From NCBI RefSeq assembly GCF_004010195.1, contig NC_057718.1:54980934-55036987 (forward strand): a DNA stretch of 56,054 bases. The letters run 5' to 3'. The notes under the pieces are model-generated. The model was not told the origin of the DNA. It was given only the letters and a program-made list of their open reading frames with translations, and did not search any database. Of the stretch, positions 24,881-38,190 are shown in pieces (the stretch's first letter is position 1; each line of letters starts with the position of its first letter). A program made the translations under genes and the position numbers. The DNA comes from Chiloscyllium plagiosum (Eukaryota).

Positions 24881-27354
24881 ATGAACTGTGTCTGATTGGC
24901 TTGCAACAACTATTCCAGCTCTTCTTAAACAAGAATGAGCACAATTGAATGAGGGCAAAGGGTATATTGTTTGACTACAACTTAATCACTCAATTGTCAT
25001 TTCAGATAGCCATTGTGATGAAGAGGAAAATACTCTCAATTTGCAAAAAGAAGCCTTGCAGCCAAACTTCTCACTTCAGTTGAAAAGTATTTATTGACAA
25101 ATCCTTTAAGATCTTTTTATAACACCATTAAATATTATTTCTAGTAGGATGCAAGATAGATTTAAAATTTTAACAAAGTCACAAAGGTGCTTTCTTTGTC
25201 CCAGTCAACCTGTGGCAGAAAAACCAAATCCATAAGACTTTATTTTAAAGAAAGCTTCTAGATAAATGTACAACTGGCACAGGCGATGTTATGACTAGAC
25301 TATACTGATGTTCCCCAATTTATGACAGTTCCAGAAAGATATCTGAAACTGTTAAGCTCTTGTTTGATGGGGGATGAACTGGCCCCCCTCCTCTATTCAC
25401 CCACCCCCTTATTGGTCGCACCAGGTTCATTTGAAAAGATCCCTTCCTTGTGATGCCTTTTTCCCAGAACATATAAAGTTATATTTTAAGAAAAGACAAT
25501 TAACCAGGCTTTGTTGAGTTAACAAAAGAATGGTTTATTAGTTACCAAAAGCAAAATGAATTAATAATGCAAGACCCCATCACAAGTTAAGAATAAGAAG
25601 TGAGTCAAAACAAAAGATAGAATTTAAAAAATATATGGTTCAGTCTCTCTTGGTTGTTTGTGAGGAGTAGACCATAAAATATTAATATTTGGGATTCTTG
25701 GTTTATGCAGGTCAATTGAAATCTTTATTGTCCCATTTCCTTCTGTCTAGTTTGTTGGCTAGTTGGCTTCTGGCACTCAGACTAAGGAAACAATTTTACT
25801 TGCAATGCAGGGGCAGTACATGGGTAATTCTTTAACAAGCATTTTCACAGTGTGCTAGGGCTCAAATCCAGGCCAGCACATATGAACCACAGTTCACGAG
25901 CACACTTTCTCCCACTAGCACAAACAAACCAAGTCTGCAATTTTTAACTCCATTTTTGTATATTCCGAAGAGCAAAATACAAAAAATGGCTGCAGCACGT
26001 AGTTTTCTTCTGATACTTGACATTATTGGCATTATTGCTTCATGTTGCATCTCTCTCTGAGTTTGAAATTTCTCTGACATTGTATAGGTGTGACATTCCA
26101 TGACACCAACACACGACTTTGCCAGACAGCAATGAAATTACATCTGTAGCTTATTTTGTTTGTAGCAGTCCTCTTTGGAAAAAAAAGATTTTGAAATCAA
26201 ACGTTAAAATAAATGTTGGTAGCACCTCAGCGTTCTGATCAGTCATCATGACAAAGATATCTTTCAACTTTGTATAAAAGATGTCAGTTTCCACTGCTGC
26301 ACCAGTTATTTCTCAATGATCTTTCAGCAATGAAGTTCCCAGGAAACATATCAGTTCTAGGAAGATATGTGGCTTAGCCACATGGCTTCCAAATGTAGTC
26401 ATAGACTGGTTTCACACTATTCCGTTGTCTGTAATGTACTCCTAGTTACATTGTAATTTCATCCTGACCAAATAGACTTGCCTGGATTTTCCCAGTTAGA
26501 AACATATTAGACACAATAGTGTTGCTGAACCAAAAACTAACCTGAGCAAACACTATTTCCCCCCCAACTGTTTAAAGGTATAGACGTGTGCTTATTTTGA
26601 TATTCTCAGACCTTACAGTATTTGTATTAGGTGGAAACACGCCAAATATTTTAACAGCAGGTAAATAGACAAGTTTTCACCAATAATACTGGCAGGGGTG
26701 TGTAATTATAACAAAAGAAGTTTACAAAGATCATTTGCATTTAAAATGTGTTTATAGATTTTTGTAATGGAAAGATTGACACAAAAATATGGCAATATAA
26801 AGTATGATTTGTAGAAAGAAAAGAAAAGTGGTGTGAAATTTTATTTGTACATCTCTTGATCTGGGCAGGATCTTCTAACATTCTGTTCTGAAGCCTCACT
26901 GAAGCATATCTGAGTTAATTTGAGAATGTATTTTTTTCAATTATTTTTGTTCAGTCCTGCACGTCATGAGCTGTGTCCAATCTCCTGTTCTCTCGTGGTT
27001 CTCAAACCTTCAACCTAGAAAGCCTGTTCTGAGTAGCAAAGAGGGAGGTGGGACATTGTAGAGAGATGTTTGTATACTGCTCTTATAAGAACATTACTGT
27101 TATCCGAATTTGGTATGCCGCAGACTATTTGAAACCAAAAGCCCTATGCTCTTTAGAAATGCAATGATTTAGGTGGAGTCAATTCTTATGGCGTGAAAAA
27201 GGATGTATTGTCTATAGCTTTAAATGTCAAGCTTCCTTCTCACGTTCTGTTATGACTCTGCGGAACTAGATGATGAGAAGGAAAGTCGAACAAAACTGGT
27301 TTCACTTATATCTAGTGCAAATTAAAGATGAAGATGCAAAGTTCGCCATAGCTG

Positions 27355-27360
27355 AATATG

Positions 27361-27391
<31 letters not shown>

Positions 27392-27392
27392 A
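27355..27392. repeat. (TA)n/(TATG)n microsatellite
   Basis: Read directly from the sequence. Confidence 0.9.
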
Positions 27393-27439
27393 GTGCCGTC
27401 TATCGGCCTTCATCATCATGTGTTAGGTTTGCAGGTTAA

Positions 27440-27570
27440 ATTCATCTGAAAGAACTCTCTTACAATAGCGGAAAACAAAATGTCTCAAGTTGTTGGAACG
27501 CTCCTTGCAGCGACCTGCCTGTTGCCATGTTAGAGACGCGCGTGTGTAACCTAGCAACTGACAGGCAACA
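27440..27570 (+). promoter_or_regulatory. Probable promoter of a ciliary gene with RFX X-box
   Basis: Local CpG enrichment (about 27.1-28.1 kb) in CpG-poor DNA. GTAACCTAGCAAC (27546-27558) fits GTNRCC-N-RGYAAC; additional half sites GTTGCCATG (27521) and GGCAAC (27564). Confidence 0.65.
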
Positions 27571-27720
27571 TGACGATCTCCAGGTGCACTTTGACAAAAC
27601 AGTCCTTACGAGCAGGCTTCAGGTAAAGCTCAATATCTCTGTTATCACTGCCTCCACCAAAATGCAGCAGGCTCCAAAGGAGCGAGTTTTCATCGAACAA
27701 ATGGTCACCAGCCGGTTTTA
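27570..27720 (+). CDS. Candidate first coding exon of the C2orf73/CIMIP6-like gene (ATG 27570 to donor 27622, or ATG 27662 to donor 27720)
   Basis: Lies directly after the X-box. Both MTISRCTLTKQSLRAGF-AG|GTAAAG and MQQAPKERVFIEQMVTSRF-TA|GTAAGT end in phase 2, matching the exon at 45184. No homology support. Confidence 0.4.
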
Positions 27721-28877
27721 GTAAGTATAATCTTAACAGCATTCCAACCAACTCGAAACTCACCAAGACAAATTAAAATGAAGAACAATGTCCTCTCTGT
27801 GCTGCAGTTCCTTGGCATATTTCTCGACGAAAATCAAAAGGGAATAGTCAGACCACCAACAAACTCCAGGCCTAATGCAAACAAAAATCGCTCCACCTTA
27901 TTTATTTGGGAACGGAACACAATAATTATATTTATGCTGAGGCACGATCAGGCATTCTTTTCACGCAAGAGACGTCCTGGGATGCAATTTAACTAATTAG
28001 GCCGTGCGCTCACAAGTAAGAACTATTGTACGTGCAAATACTCTTAAAAAATAGCAGCCCTCTGAAAGGATTTTTAAAATAAGTTTTACTCTGATTATTA
28101 CGTAAAAATGTTGACACTAGGATTCACCTAAACGGTGATTAAACCCATCACCAATACCAATAATAACTTTGTACCTCAAATACATTATACGGTAGTGTGT
28201 ACTTTTGATTTTAATTGGAAAACTAGGTACTGACAATTTTGAGGAATGATCATACGCTATCTAAACGCTGACCATGGTGTAGAAATATGATTAGTAATAT
28301 ATTTTAAAGTCAGAGGTTTGCCTTGGCTCCAGAAGTTTATTTATTTGAATATTTATTGAAGATACTTCTAATTTGCCAAGTAGCAGGTCAGTTTCTGTAG
28401 AGCAGACTTTCCATTTAGCCATATGCCGTATCGCGGCTCCAATTCTCATAGATTATGATAATCGTTTTTCTAATTCTGTTGCACACAGCAAGTCTGCAAT
28501 TGACAATGATCAAGTTGAATTGTTAAAAAGGCGACTTTGAGAGAAGAGCTGTGTCTTTAAGTGGTCTCACTAAAACTAATGTAAGATCCTCCCCATGTTA
28601 CACTTAAAACATTTCTTGTAGCTTACATAAAGTTAAGTAATTTTCTGGAAAATAATTATATCGGTCTAGCAAAAAAAATTGAAGTGATCATAATGCTGAT
28701 TTAATTGTTTTTCACCAAATGACAAATATTTAAACTTGGAATAAAAGTCAGATAAAAATGTATGTGCTCCACTTAAAGCATAATTAATTATATTTTGCAA
28801 AATATAGCGTGAATATGGACCTATGAGTATTTGCTTACAATCATCAACTAGTCTATCAAATATTCACAGGATCCAAG

Positions 28878-30372
28878 CTATAGACCAGTGAGCCTGACAA
28901 AATGGTGGGCAAGTTGTTGGAGGGAATCCTGAGGGACATGCATTTGGAAAGGCAAGGACTGATTAGGGAGAGTCCTATGGCTTTGTGCATAGGAAGTCAT
29001 GTCTCACAAACTTGATTGAGGTTTTTGAAGAAGTAACAAGGAGGATTGATGAGGTCAGAGCAGTGGGCGTGATCTGTATGGACTTCAGTAAGACATTCGA
29101 CAAGGTTCCTCATGGTCGACCAGTTAGTAAGGTTAGATCTCATGGAACACAGGGAGAACTAGCCATTTGGATACAGAACTGGGTTGAAGTTAGAAGACAG
29201 AGGGTCAGCGTGGAGATTTGCTTTTCAGACTGGAGGCCTTTGACCAGTGGTGTGCCAGAAGGATAGCTGCTGGGTTCACTGCTTTTTGTCATTTATATAA
29301 ATGATTTGAACGTGAACATAGAAGGTATGGTTAGTAAGTTTGCAGATGACACCAAAATAGAAGGTGTAGTGGACAGCAAAGAAGGTATTTCAGATTACAA
29401 TGATATCTTGATCAGATGGGCCAATGGGTTGAGGGATGGTGGATGGAAATTCATTTAGATAAATATGAGGTGCTGCATTTTGGAAAGACAAATCAGAGCA
29501 GGACTTATACACTTAATGGTAAGATCCTAGGAGTGTTGCTGAACAAAGAGATCTTGGAGTGCAAGTTCATAGTTCCTTGAAAGTGGATTCACAGGTAGAA
29601 AGGATAGTGAAGAAGACATTTGGTACACTTTCCTTTATTGATCAGAGCATTGAGGATAGGAGCTGGGAGGTCATGTTGCGGCTATACAGGACACTGGTTA
29701 GGAATATTTTGGAATATTTTGGGCAATTCTGGTCTCCCTCCTATGGAAGGATGTTATGAAACTTGAAAGGGTTCAGAAAAGATTTACAAGGATGTTGCCA
29801 GGGTTGGAGGATTTGAGCTATAGGAAGAGGCTGTATAGACTGGAGCTGTTTTACCTAGAGCATTGGAGGCTGAGGGGTGACATTATAAAGGTTTATAAAA
29901 TCGTGAGGAGCATAGAAAGGGTAAATAGACAAGGTCTATTCCCTGAATGAGAGAGTCCAGAACTAGAGGGCATAGCTTTAAGATGAGAGGGGAAAAGTTT
30001 AAAAGGGACCTAAGGGGCAACTTTTTCATGGAGAGGTGTGTGTATGGAATGTGCTGCCAGAGGAAGTGGTGGAAGGTAGTACAATTACATCATTTAAAAG
30101 GCATTTGGATGGGTATACGAATAGGAAGGGTTCAGAGGGGGCAACTTTTTCATGGAGAGGTGCGTGTATGGAATGTGCTGCCAAAGGAAGTGGTGGAAGG
30201 TAGTACAATTACATCATTTAAAAGGCATTTGGATGGGTATACGAATAGGAAGGGTTCAGAGAGACATGGGCCAAGTGCTAGCAAATGGGACTAGATTAGG
30301 TTAGAATATCAGTTGGCATGGACGAGTTGGACTGAAGGGTGTATTTCTGTGCCATACATCTCTATGACTCTA
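28878..30372 (+). mobile_element. CR1/HER1-type LINE 3' half (RT + 3' UTR), pseudogenised
   Basis: SCLTNLIEVFEE, DFSKTFDKVPH, KFADDTK and LERVQKRFTRMLPG motifs; CTCTATGACTCTA tail. Confidence 0.93.
30014..30261 (+). repeat. 124-bp tandem duplication within the CR1 copy
   Basis: GGGGCAACTTTTTCATGGAGAGG...GGGTTCAGAG repeated at 30014 and 30138, nearly identical. Confidence 0.92.
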
Positions 30373-30742
30373 TATGACCAATCTAATTTATATCCTAAAA
30401 TATCCTAAACTTTACAATGTTATCACCTGTTCCTAAGTGCAAAAAGTATATATTGTTGGTGCAGATCAGATGCATAAGAACATGAGAAACAGGAAAATAA
30501 GTTGGTGATCCAGCCATTGAATAGTTGATGATTGACTCATCTTTTATCTCATCTTTAATGTGTTTACTATGAAGGACTTTCCTTTCCAACCTATTCCCTC
30601 ATCTGAGGCATGATGACCCTCACTTCTAACCACCACCAGTTATCTCTCTCCAGTAGTTTGGTTGGACCATAGCGACTTTACCTTTGACTTGCCTTCAACT
30701 TTGATTTCCAAAAATCATACAGACCCAAGATAAAATGTTTGT

Positions 30743-30842
30743 GGCAAAAACGGAAGTTGCTGGAAAAGCTTAGCAGGTCTGGCAGCATTTGTGAAGAAAA
30801 TTCATAGTTCACATTTCGGGTCCAGTGACCCTTCCTTAGAAC
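30743..30842 (-). mobile_element. Short Penelope-derived 3' fragment with degenerate hammerhead
   Basis: Reverse complement GTT-CTAAGGA-AGGGTCACTGGACCC-GAAATGTG-AAC followed by ...GCTGCCAGACCTGCT...TTCCAGCAAC. Confidence 0.65.
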
Positions 30843-33284
30843 GGACGTGTATGTGCAATTGACTGATTTGAACTCAGCACCGTTTCGGGGAAATACTCTT
30901 CATATAAATTGGCTCGAAAATAAGAGCTAAAACCTATAAATCACTTCAGTTGAAGCCTATGTAAATTTTGTACTGTGTTTTATCAGAAAATGATGTCAAC
31001 GACATTGTCAAGGAATAACGTATCCATTACATTCTCTAATAAGAATCATTTTGAAGTTACAATAAAAATCAATTAGAAAGGCATCTTGATGAAATACATT
31101 TTGCCCCATTTATACATTGCTTTGGTTAAGAGAAGCATAACATTTTGAATTGAACGCCAATTGTACAATCTCCCAGAATGCAAAAATGCTTCTTGTAATT
31201 GACTGTTGTATTTGTGACCTCTCCACTCTATTAGCATTTCATTTGTTGAGAGATTCTGACAAACTGCTTAATCATATTGAAGTGAATTGCCAAACCATTA
31301 ACCATTGGCCCATAAAACCAATTGTGGAAAGAACAGCTTGTGAGGAAGTTGTCCAAATATAACAGACAACTAATTTTTCTGGATGCTGTTTAGTGATAAG
31401 AGCTATAATAGATTGTCAGTCATAATTGAGTACTATTTGTAATCTAGTATTAGTATATTTGGCACACTTTGATAGAGTCAGACTGAACAGATGGCTCTGA
31501 ATTCTGAATTCCAGTGAGATGGTCATGTTAGGTGGATGGCCCTTCTATCATTGTATGAATAGTGGGAGCTGATAAAGTTGTTCTTCTGTGTAGGACTAAC
31601 TGTCTTATTGACTATATCAAAATCATTGCAACCATCAAGGAAAGTTCACATTGTGTTTCTTCAGACTATTAGTCAGCCTTTGAATATAACCAATGATTCA
31701 CATTATAGGTCTGGGAAAAAAATGAAAAGATGTTTTTAAAAAAATGACGAATAAAACGAGCAACTAATTCAGTCAAGTTTAATGGGAGAAATGCCAGTCC
31801 AATTAATTTAAATCATGCTGAACATTTGGAATTTCAAACTGACATTCTTTATCATCATTCATCAGACTTTAACTGCAGCATTAAATGGAAAAGGTTTTGC
31901 TTCAGAAGAAAGAACATGGCACATGCCCCTGTACCAGAGTAATCATACTATTAGAACAACGTAGATGTATTAGAACAATGAACATGTAGATTGAGGGAAT
32001 GGAGAAAATGATCTTACACCAGTGAAAGGGTACCAGCCCTATATGTATACGTATTATAGGAACACCTTGCTTTGAGAGGTGCAGACCTTCCAGGAGGTAC
32101 ATGTGATGCAGTATACCAATGGGATAGGAGTGACTCTTTGGTCTGTAGTCACAGAGGTCATAGCAGTCAAATTGTGATGAATTGTAGAAGTACAATTTTC
32201 AGTCCCAGTTAATTTTAATCAATGTTCAGAGATGTTATTACACACCTGTGAAGCAGGCCTCCTAGCTCAGAGTTATGGACACTGCTACTGTGTCATGAGT
32301 GCCCTATGTCCAGGCAGAAACATGGCTAAAAGTGTAGAGTTACACCTGTATCATGATTAATCAGACGTCAATCTGTTGTTCTCCTTTTACTATTCATTTC
32401 AGTCTTTACTTTCCTGTTTCTTCATTTCTTTTTCTTTATTTCTTTATCTTCCATGTTTCTTAACTGTGCTTTCTCTTTTCATGGCCTATTTGATTGTGAA
32501 ATTTAATTTCTCCCCTGAGGAACAGCAGTCATTACTTGCTTGGTAATGAATTGTTTGTACAGGAAATGTGTTCACTTGTATTGAAAAAAAATAACTGAAG
32601 CACCAATCACAGGAAAATTTTGGAGAAAGGAACAATAATTTTGTACAATTGCTACTCTATCAACTCAATTGATTTGCATATTCACCAGTCTATTCTAACC
32701 ACAATTTGATGATATTGAGAGTGAGATTCCTAGACTTTGAAACTTTAGCAATGGTATACTATAGCATCATTAATTTAAGGAATTGCAAGCATTATTCCAA
32801 CATTCACTGTTTGAAAAGAAGCCTCTTAACCATCTGTGAGTCTACTGTAGACAAGGTTCTGTAAAATTTGCGACTTTGAATAGGACTTCCAAAATGACTT
32901 GAGAGACAAGTTGTTAGTTTCTGTGTGCTCAGTTATCATACATATGGTGATTCTGAGTACTACTGTATTTGTTAGTGCAGGGGCTTCAATCTGTAACAGA
33001 GCTTTCAGGAACAGATGGCAGTGGTGACAGAGGGCTGCTGGGGCAGACAAATGGATCCTGTCTGGAGGAAAGGGTTTCTTTGGGGCCAGAGACCTCACTG
33101 GGAGAAGGATCAGACAGACAAAGAATTTCCTCAACTGGATGTAAAAAAAAAGGCTTAATTCCAAGTGAATACTGTGTCTTCCATGTTTGACTTTAATTTG
33201 TCTCATATTTGTACTGACCCAATATCAGAGGAATAAAGATCCCTGCTTTATGTTCTTTTGGGCTGTCTGTGTGTTCAAATCTCA

Positions 33285-33301
33285 TGGCGTAATCAACAGG
33301 A
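33285..33301 (+). promoter_or_regulatory. Primer-binding site (tRNA-Ser-like)
   Basis: TGGCGTAATCAACAGGA immediately after the LTR-terminal CA; resembles TGGCGTAGTCGGCAGGA. Confidence 0.65.
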
Positions 33302-33585
33302 GTCCATAGCATAACTATCAAGTCATAGGAGATGAGGTTGAAAGGTACCTATTTGAGATGGAACAGATGGTGCGGGATTTGAAAGTGGCAATTTCCACGC
33401 AGGAAGCTGAAGCTGCTCTGGCATAATTCAAAGCTCAGCAGACAAAATTGGACCTTCAGGACCCTTCCATCTCCATTCCTTTGGCACTGCAGAGGAAGGA
33501 AGTAGTATTCCTGTATCCCTGGATATTCTGTCCATTGGAGTGGGAAGCTGGACAGATTATGGGGAAGACCACAAACACGGTCTTA

Positions 33586-33903
33586 GGGCAGCACGGTGGC
33601 ACAGTGGTTAGCACTGCTGCCTCGCAGCGCCAGAGACCCGGGTTCAATTCCCGACTCAGGCGACTGACTGTGTGGAGTTTGCACATTCTCCCCGTGTCTG
33701 CGTGGGTTTCCTCCGGGTGCTCCGGTTTCCTCCCACAGTCCAAAAGATGTGCAGGTTAGGTGAATTGGCCATACTAAATTGCCCGTAGTGTTAGGTAAGG
33801 GGTAAATGTAGGGGTATGGGTGGGTTTCGCTTCGGCGGGTCGGTGTGGACTTGTTGGGCCGAAGGGCCTGTTTCCACACTGTAATCTAATCTAATCTAAT
33901 CTA
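33586..33903 (+). mobile_element. HE1-type SINE (young copy) inserted in the Gypsy element
   Basis: Intact A/B boxes, CpGs retained, (TCTAA)n tail. Confidence 0.93.
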
Positions 33904-36063
33904 AAACCTGATGATTTGGCACTTCTGAAGGATCACCTCGTGAAAGTAGTGACTAAATGGGAACCTCCAAATTAAGTTGAGGAGGCTTAATAGTAATAAA
34001 GCACAGGTCCAATCTTTGCTGTCCTCTCACCATGGTAAGTCAGATGTTCAACTATTTGGTTGGAGGGAACTGGTTGGGGAAACAAGTTCCTCCAGGAAGA
34101 GGTTGACTCGTATGTAGAGTGATAGGAATGTGCTTTACAGTAAGCGTGGAATTTGGCAAATGAACTGCATCTGTCATTGTTCTTAAAGATGCATGCCAGC
34201 TATCTCCAACTAGTTGATATCAGGTTTTTCCTGAGGATTATATGTTACATGTGGTAGAGATCATACTCATCATTGTCAGGGAAAAGGGTAGGATACACAT
34301 GCAGATGCCAATTTCAGTGACATTGATGTTTACCGCCATCCAAGTACACCGTAGGTGAGTTAGACTTGTCACTGTTGTGGATAATGGACTGACTGGAAAA
34401 GGCATTTCTAACCTAATTTCAAAAATGGACATTGGCAAATTGGAGGATATGCAGAGGAAGCAGCTTTTTTCTACTTCTACTAAGTTCAGGACAACTTTCA
34501 ATAAAGATGATGATGATGACATTGCGTATTGTGACTTGGTGAGCCACATGATGGTGATGAAAGGTGACTGTCCAGTAAAGATTCCTTATCGCCAGATCAT
34601 TTGGAGAAGTCTTTGAAGCAAGTTATCATCCAAGAGTCATCAAGCCCAGAACCATCATCCACATTCCTTGGAAAGAAATGAGTCAGAAAGCTGAGGAGCT
34701 GAGTTAACTTCTGGGCATTAATGGAAAGACCCATGCTTATCCTTTAACAGGAATTGAGAAAACATTGCAAGTTCTCAAAGGTCCATAGTATCTGCAGTGT
34801 TGATTTGGCTCACAGTTTATAACCAACTACACATTGTTGAAGAAGATATTGAAGTGATGGAATTCCAAGCAGACACTGGGGGACTTTATGACTACACAAG
34901 AATGCCACATGGGCTCTGTATTATCCCTGCCACTTTCAAGTGTGTAATGGGTAAAGCTTTTTGTGATCTTCATTTTCAGTTATTTGGATGATATATACAT
35001 CTCTACTTCAATATTTGAGGCCCTTGCATGATACGACACCGTAACTACTTTGGGCAGTTCATCATCAAGGAAATCATTGCTCCTGATGGTGAGAACGTTC
35101 AACTGGTAGAGGATTAGCCCCAGCCCAAGATGGGGAAGGATCTGCATTGGTTCCTTGGTCTATTTGGTGACTAAAAGAGATTTGGGCAAGAATACACACA
35201 ATGTCTGCCTCACTCCATGACCTGCTGAGAAAAATCAGAGAAGGGTAAAAGACTGTATGGGAAAAGATGAACGATGTGTGATGCATCACAGGGAGTTGTA
35301 CCCCAGAATGTGAAGACTCCTTCCGCACCCACAAACAGAAGCTTGTCTCATCGCCCATCCATGGCTCTCAGATTTCCATCTCTCTTTCACATTGGAAAGT
35401 GACACCAGTTTCCTCAGCTTAGGAACAGTGCTATCACAGGCTTAAGGCAGAAAAAAGTGGTTATAGCTATGTCAGTTGGAATCTCAAGCCAAACAGAAGG
35501 AATATGGAGAATTACTCCAGTATTACACTTGAACTGCTAGCTTTGAGGTGGGTTAGTTCCTCGAAATTTAGAGACGTTCTGATCGGTGCAGACTTTGAAA
35601 TGTTTACAGGCAACAACCCATTCAGTTACTTTCAAACAGCTACCACAGTTGAAGCAGTAGAGACGCAATAGGCTGCTGGACTCACTCAATTTTGATTCTA
35701 AATCTGGGACAGGTCAGGCAAAAGTAATGCAAATACTGATGCCCTTATTTGGAGTATCACCTGCACTTATGAGTGAAATTTGAACCTGGTCAGACAAGTA
35801 GCCCCAGATATGGTTTCACCTTTATCATATACAGGTATCTTGAAAGAAGAACTCAGGCAGCTTCAGCTGATTAACATGGGCATCAATAGACAGCACTATT
35901 ATTGGAAAGCACACCATCCACCAACATAGTACTAGATGATGAAGGAGTCCAAAAAGGTACAGTAACATTTGAGATGCTGGAAGAAGATCTGGGAGGAGAA
36001 TGGAGTCCTCTGTCAGCAGGTTCATTATAAAGATAGAGAGATGAAGCAACTCATCTTTCTTAA

Positions 36064-36257
36064 CATAGAGTCATAGAGTCATAGAAATGTACAGCATGGA
36101 AACAGACCCTTCGGTTCAACCCATTCATGCCGACCAGATATCCCAACCCAATCTAATCCCACCTGCCAGCACCCGACCCATATCCCTCCAAACCCTTCCT
36201 ATTCATATACCCATCCAAATGTCTCTTAAATGTTGCAATTGTACCAGCCTCCACCAT
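36064..36257 (-). mobile_element. CR1/HER1 3'-terminal fragment inserted in Gypsy pol
   Basis: Near reverse complement of about 240-428, with a (CTATGACT)n tail. Confidence 0.9.
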
Positions 36258-37054
36258 CCTCAAGTCTCAGGTTTTCGGAGCAAGCCATGCTCAAGCAACA
36301 ATCCAAACATCAGAAAAGCAGATTGTGCTGATCGGAGAGTCATGCTACTGGCCCAGGGTGACTGCTGATGTTGATAATTACTGTCAAATTTGGCCAAAAT
36401 GGGACACCTGGTCACCAAGAAATCTCAGGAGATCCTTGCAAACAATTTTATTGAGCATAACCCTAGTAGTAATGGGACTGAACACGTTCTTGTACTCGGA
36501 GATGATTTCATCTAGTTCATGCAGACCTTTTCCACCTTTGACGTAAAGGCCTCAGCTATAGTCAGAGTGATAGTGCAGGATGGATTTGTCCAATTCATTC
36601 TTCCATGTCAATATTACAATGATTTGGGAACAAAATCCGACAAGACCTTTGCAAGTTAATGGCAGTGCCATGAGCCACACCACTGTCTATCATCCAGAGA
36701 GTAATGACATTGTGAACAATTCAATCATTCTTTGCATGATTGTCTGCACACCTTGCCTGCGATGAATAAATGGAAATGGCTTAAGTATATTCTGGATCTC
36801 GATTCATTTTCTAATAGCACTCTGCACTCATCCATGGACTATTCTCCCCACAACCTTTTCTTTAGACATGTCCCAGCCCATCTCTTGGATCATTTCCTGG
36901 CATGAATCACGTCTTCTGATGGAGATGATCAGGTCAGTGTGTGGATAGCCAAGCATCACATGAGGCTCAGTCAGGTGTTTGAAATGGTATCCAAGAGGAT
37001 GGAGAGAGAAGTACTGAGAAAAAAAGGCATTAAACAATTGGAAGACTGATCACC

Positions 37055-37315
37055 AGTATAGAGGGATTGTCCTATGAGCAAAGGTTGAATACATTGGGAT
37101 GCGACTTGTTGGAATTTAGAAGAATGAGAGGTTCTTAAGTGGCTTGGCAGAGTAAATACTGAGAAGATGTTTCCCTTCTAGGACTAGAGGGCATAGTCTC
37201 AGAATAAAGGAGCGCCAATGTAACACTGAGATGAGGAGGAATTACTTCTGTCAGACAATTATGAGTCTTCAGAATTCCTTGCCATAGAGACCTGTGGGAG
37301 CAAAACCCTTGTCTA
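37055..37315 (+). mobile_element. CR1-type LINE fragment
   Basis: GGGATTGTCCTATGAGCAAAGGTTG...GAGATGAGGAGGAATTACTTC matches CR1 ORF2 end. Confidence 0.7.
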
Positions 37316-37320
37316 TGTTA

Positions 37321-38190
37321 ATGATTTGGCGATACCAGTGTTGGACTAGGGTGTACAAAGTTAAACATCACACAACACCAGGTTATAGTCCAGCAGGTTT
37401 ATTTGGAAGCACTAGCTTTTGGAGTGCTGCTCCTTCATCAGGTGGTTGTGGAGTGTAAGATTGTAAAACACAGAATTTATAGCAAAAGTTTACAGTGTGA
37501 TGTAACTGAAATTATATATTGAAAAAGAGCTGGATTGTTTGTTAAGTCTCTCATCTTTTAGAAAGAACATGTTGGTTTCAGTTCTTTCATATGTAAATCA
37601 CAGAGCTTTTTTAAAGTTTCATTCTCAAGTGAACTTTTAACAATCAGTGTCATGTCAGCCCAGACAATGCATTTAAGGTGTAAGCTGCCCTGTGTGAGAC
37701 TGTCTGTGCCACAATGTTTAGACTGATTCTAATCTTAAAAATGGATTTACAGAATCTTACATGGATTCGTGCAGTTTTTGAGCAAAATGAAATGTAATTC
37801 TGCCAGTATAAATTCACCCCACAAATGTGTGTGTGTGTGTGTGTGGTCGGAGCTTATGAGTGACTGTGAGAGAGTGCGTGTGTGCATGTGAGTGTATATG
37901 TGGGCATATGAGAGAGAGCTTGTGTATGACAGAAGGTCTGCATGTGCGTATGAATCTGTAGGAGTGTGTGTGTGCATGTAGGAGCTTGTGTGTGTGTCTG
38001 TGTCTGTGTGTGTCTGTGTCTGTGTGTGTGTGGAAGTGGCCGAGCTGAGGCTGATAGCCAAGTTCGGTCCCCATGGGGATGGCCTCAACCGGGACCTTGG
38101 GTTCATGTCACACTACAGGTGACTCCACTGCACTACACACAGACGCACACTCACAGACACACACACATTCTCACAGACACACACACGCTC
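37321..38190. mobile_element. Penelope-like element: minus-strand pLTR (37321-38030) plus inverted plus-strand ORF end (38031-38190)
   Basis: Same terminus as the 13446 and 44184 family. Minus hammerhead motif at about 37410-37445; CA/TG microsatellites. Plus-strand LIAKFGPHGDGLNRDLGFMSHYR* resembles a PLE GIY-YIG C-terminus. Confidence 0.82.

Noticed and set aside
33586..33660. tRNA gene
   Set aside because: The A/B boxes belong to HE1 SINE heads that continue into SINE core and tail; same for the other copies.
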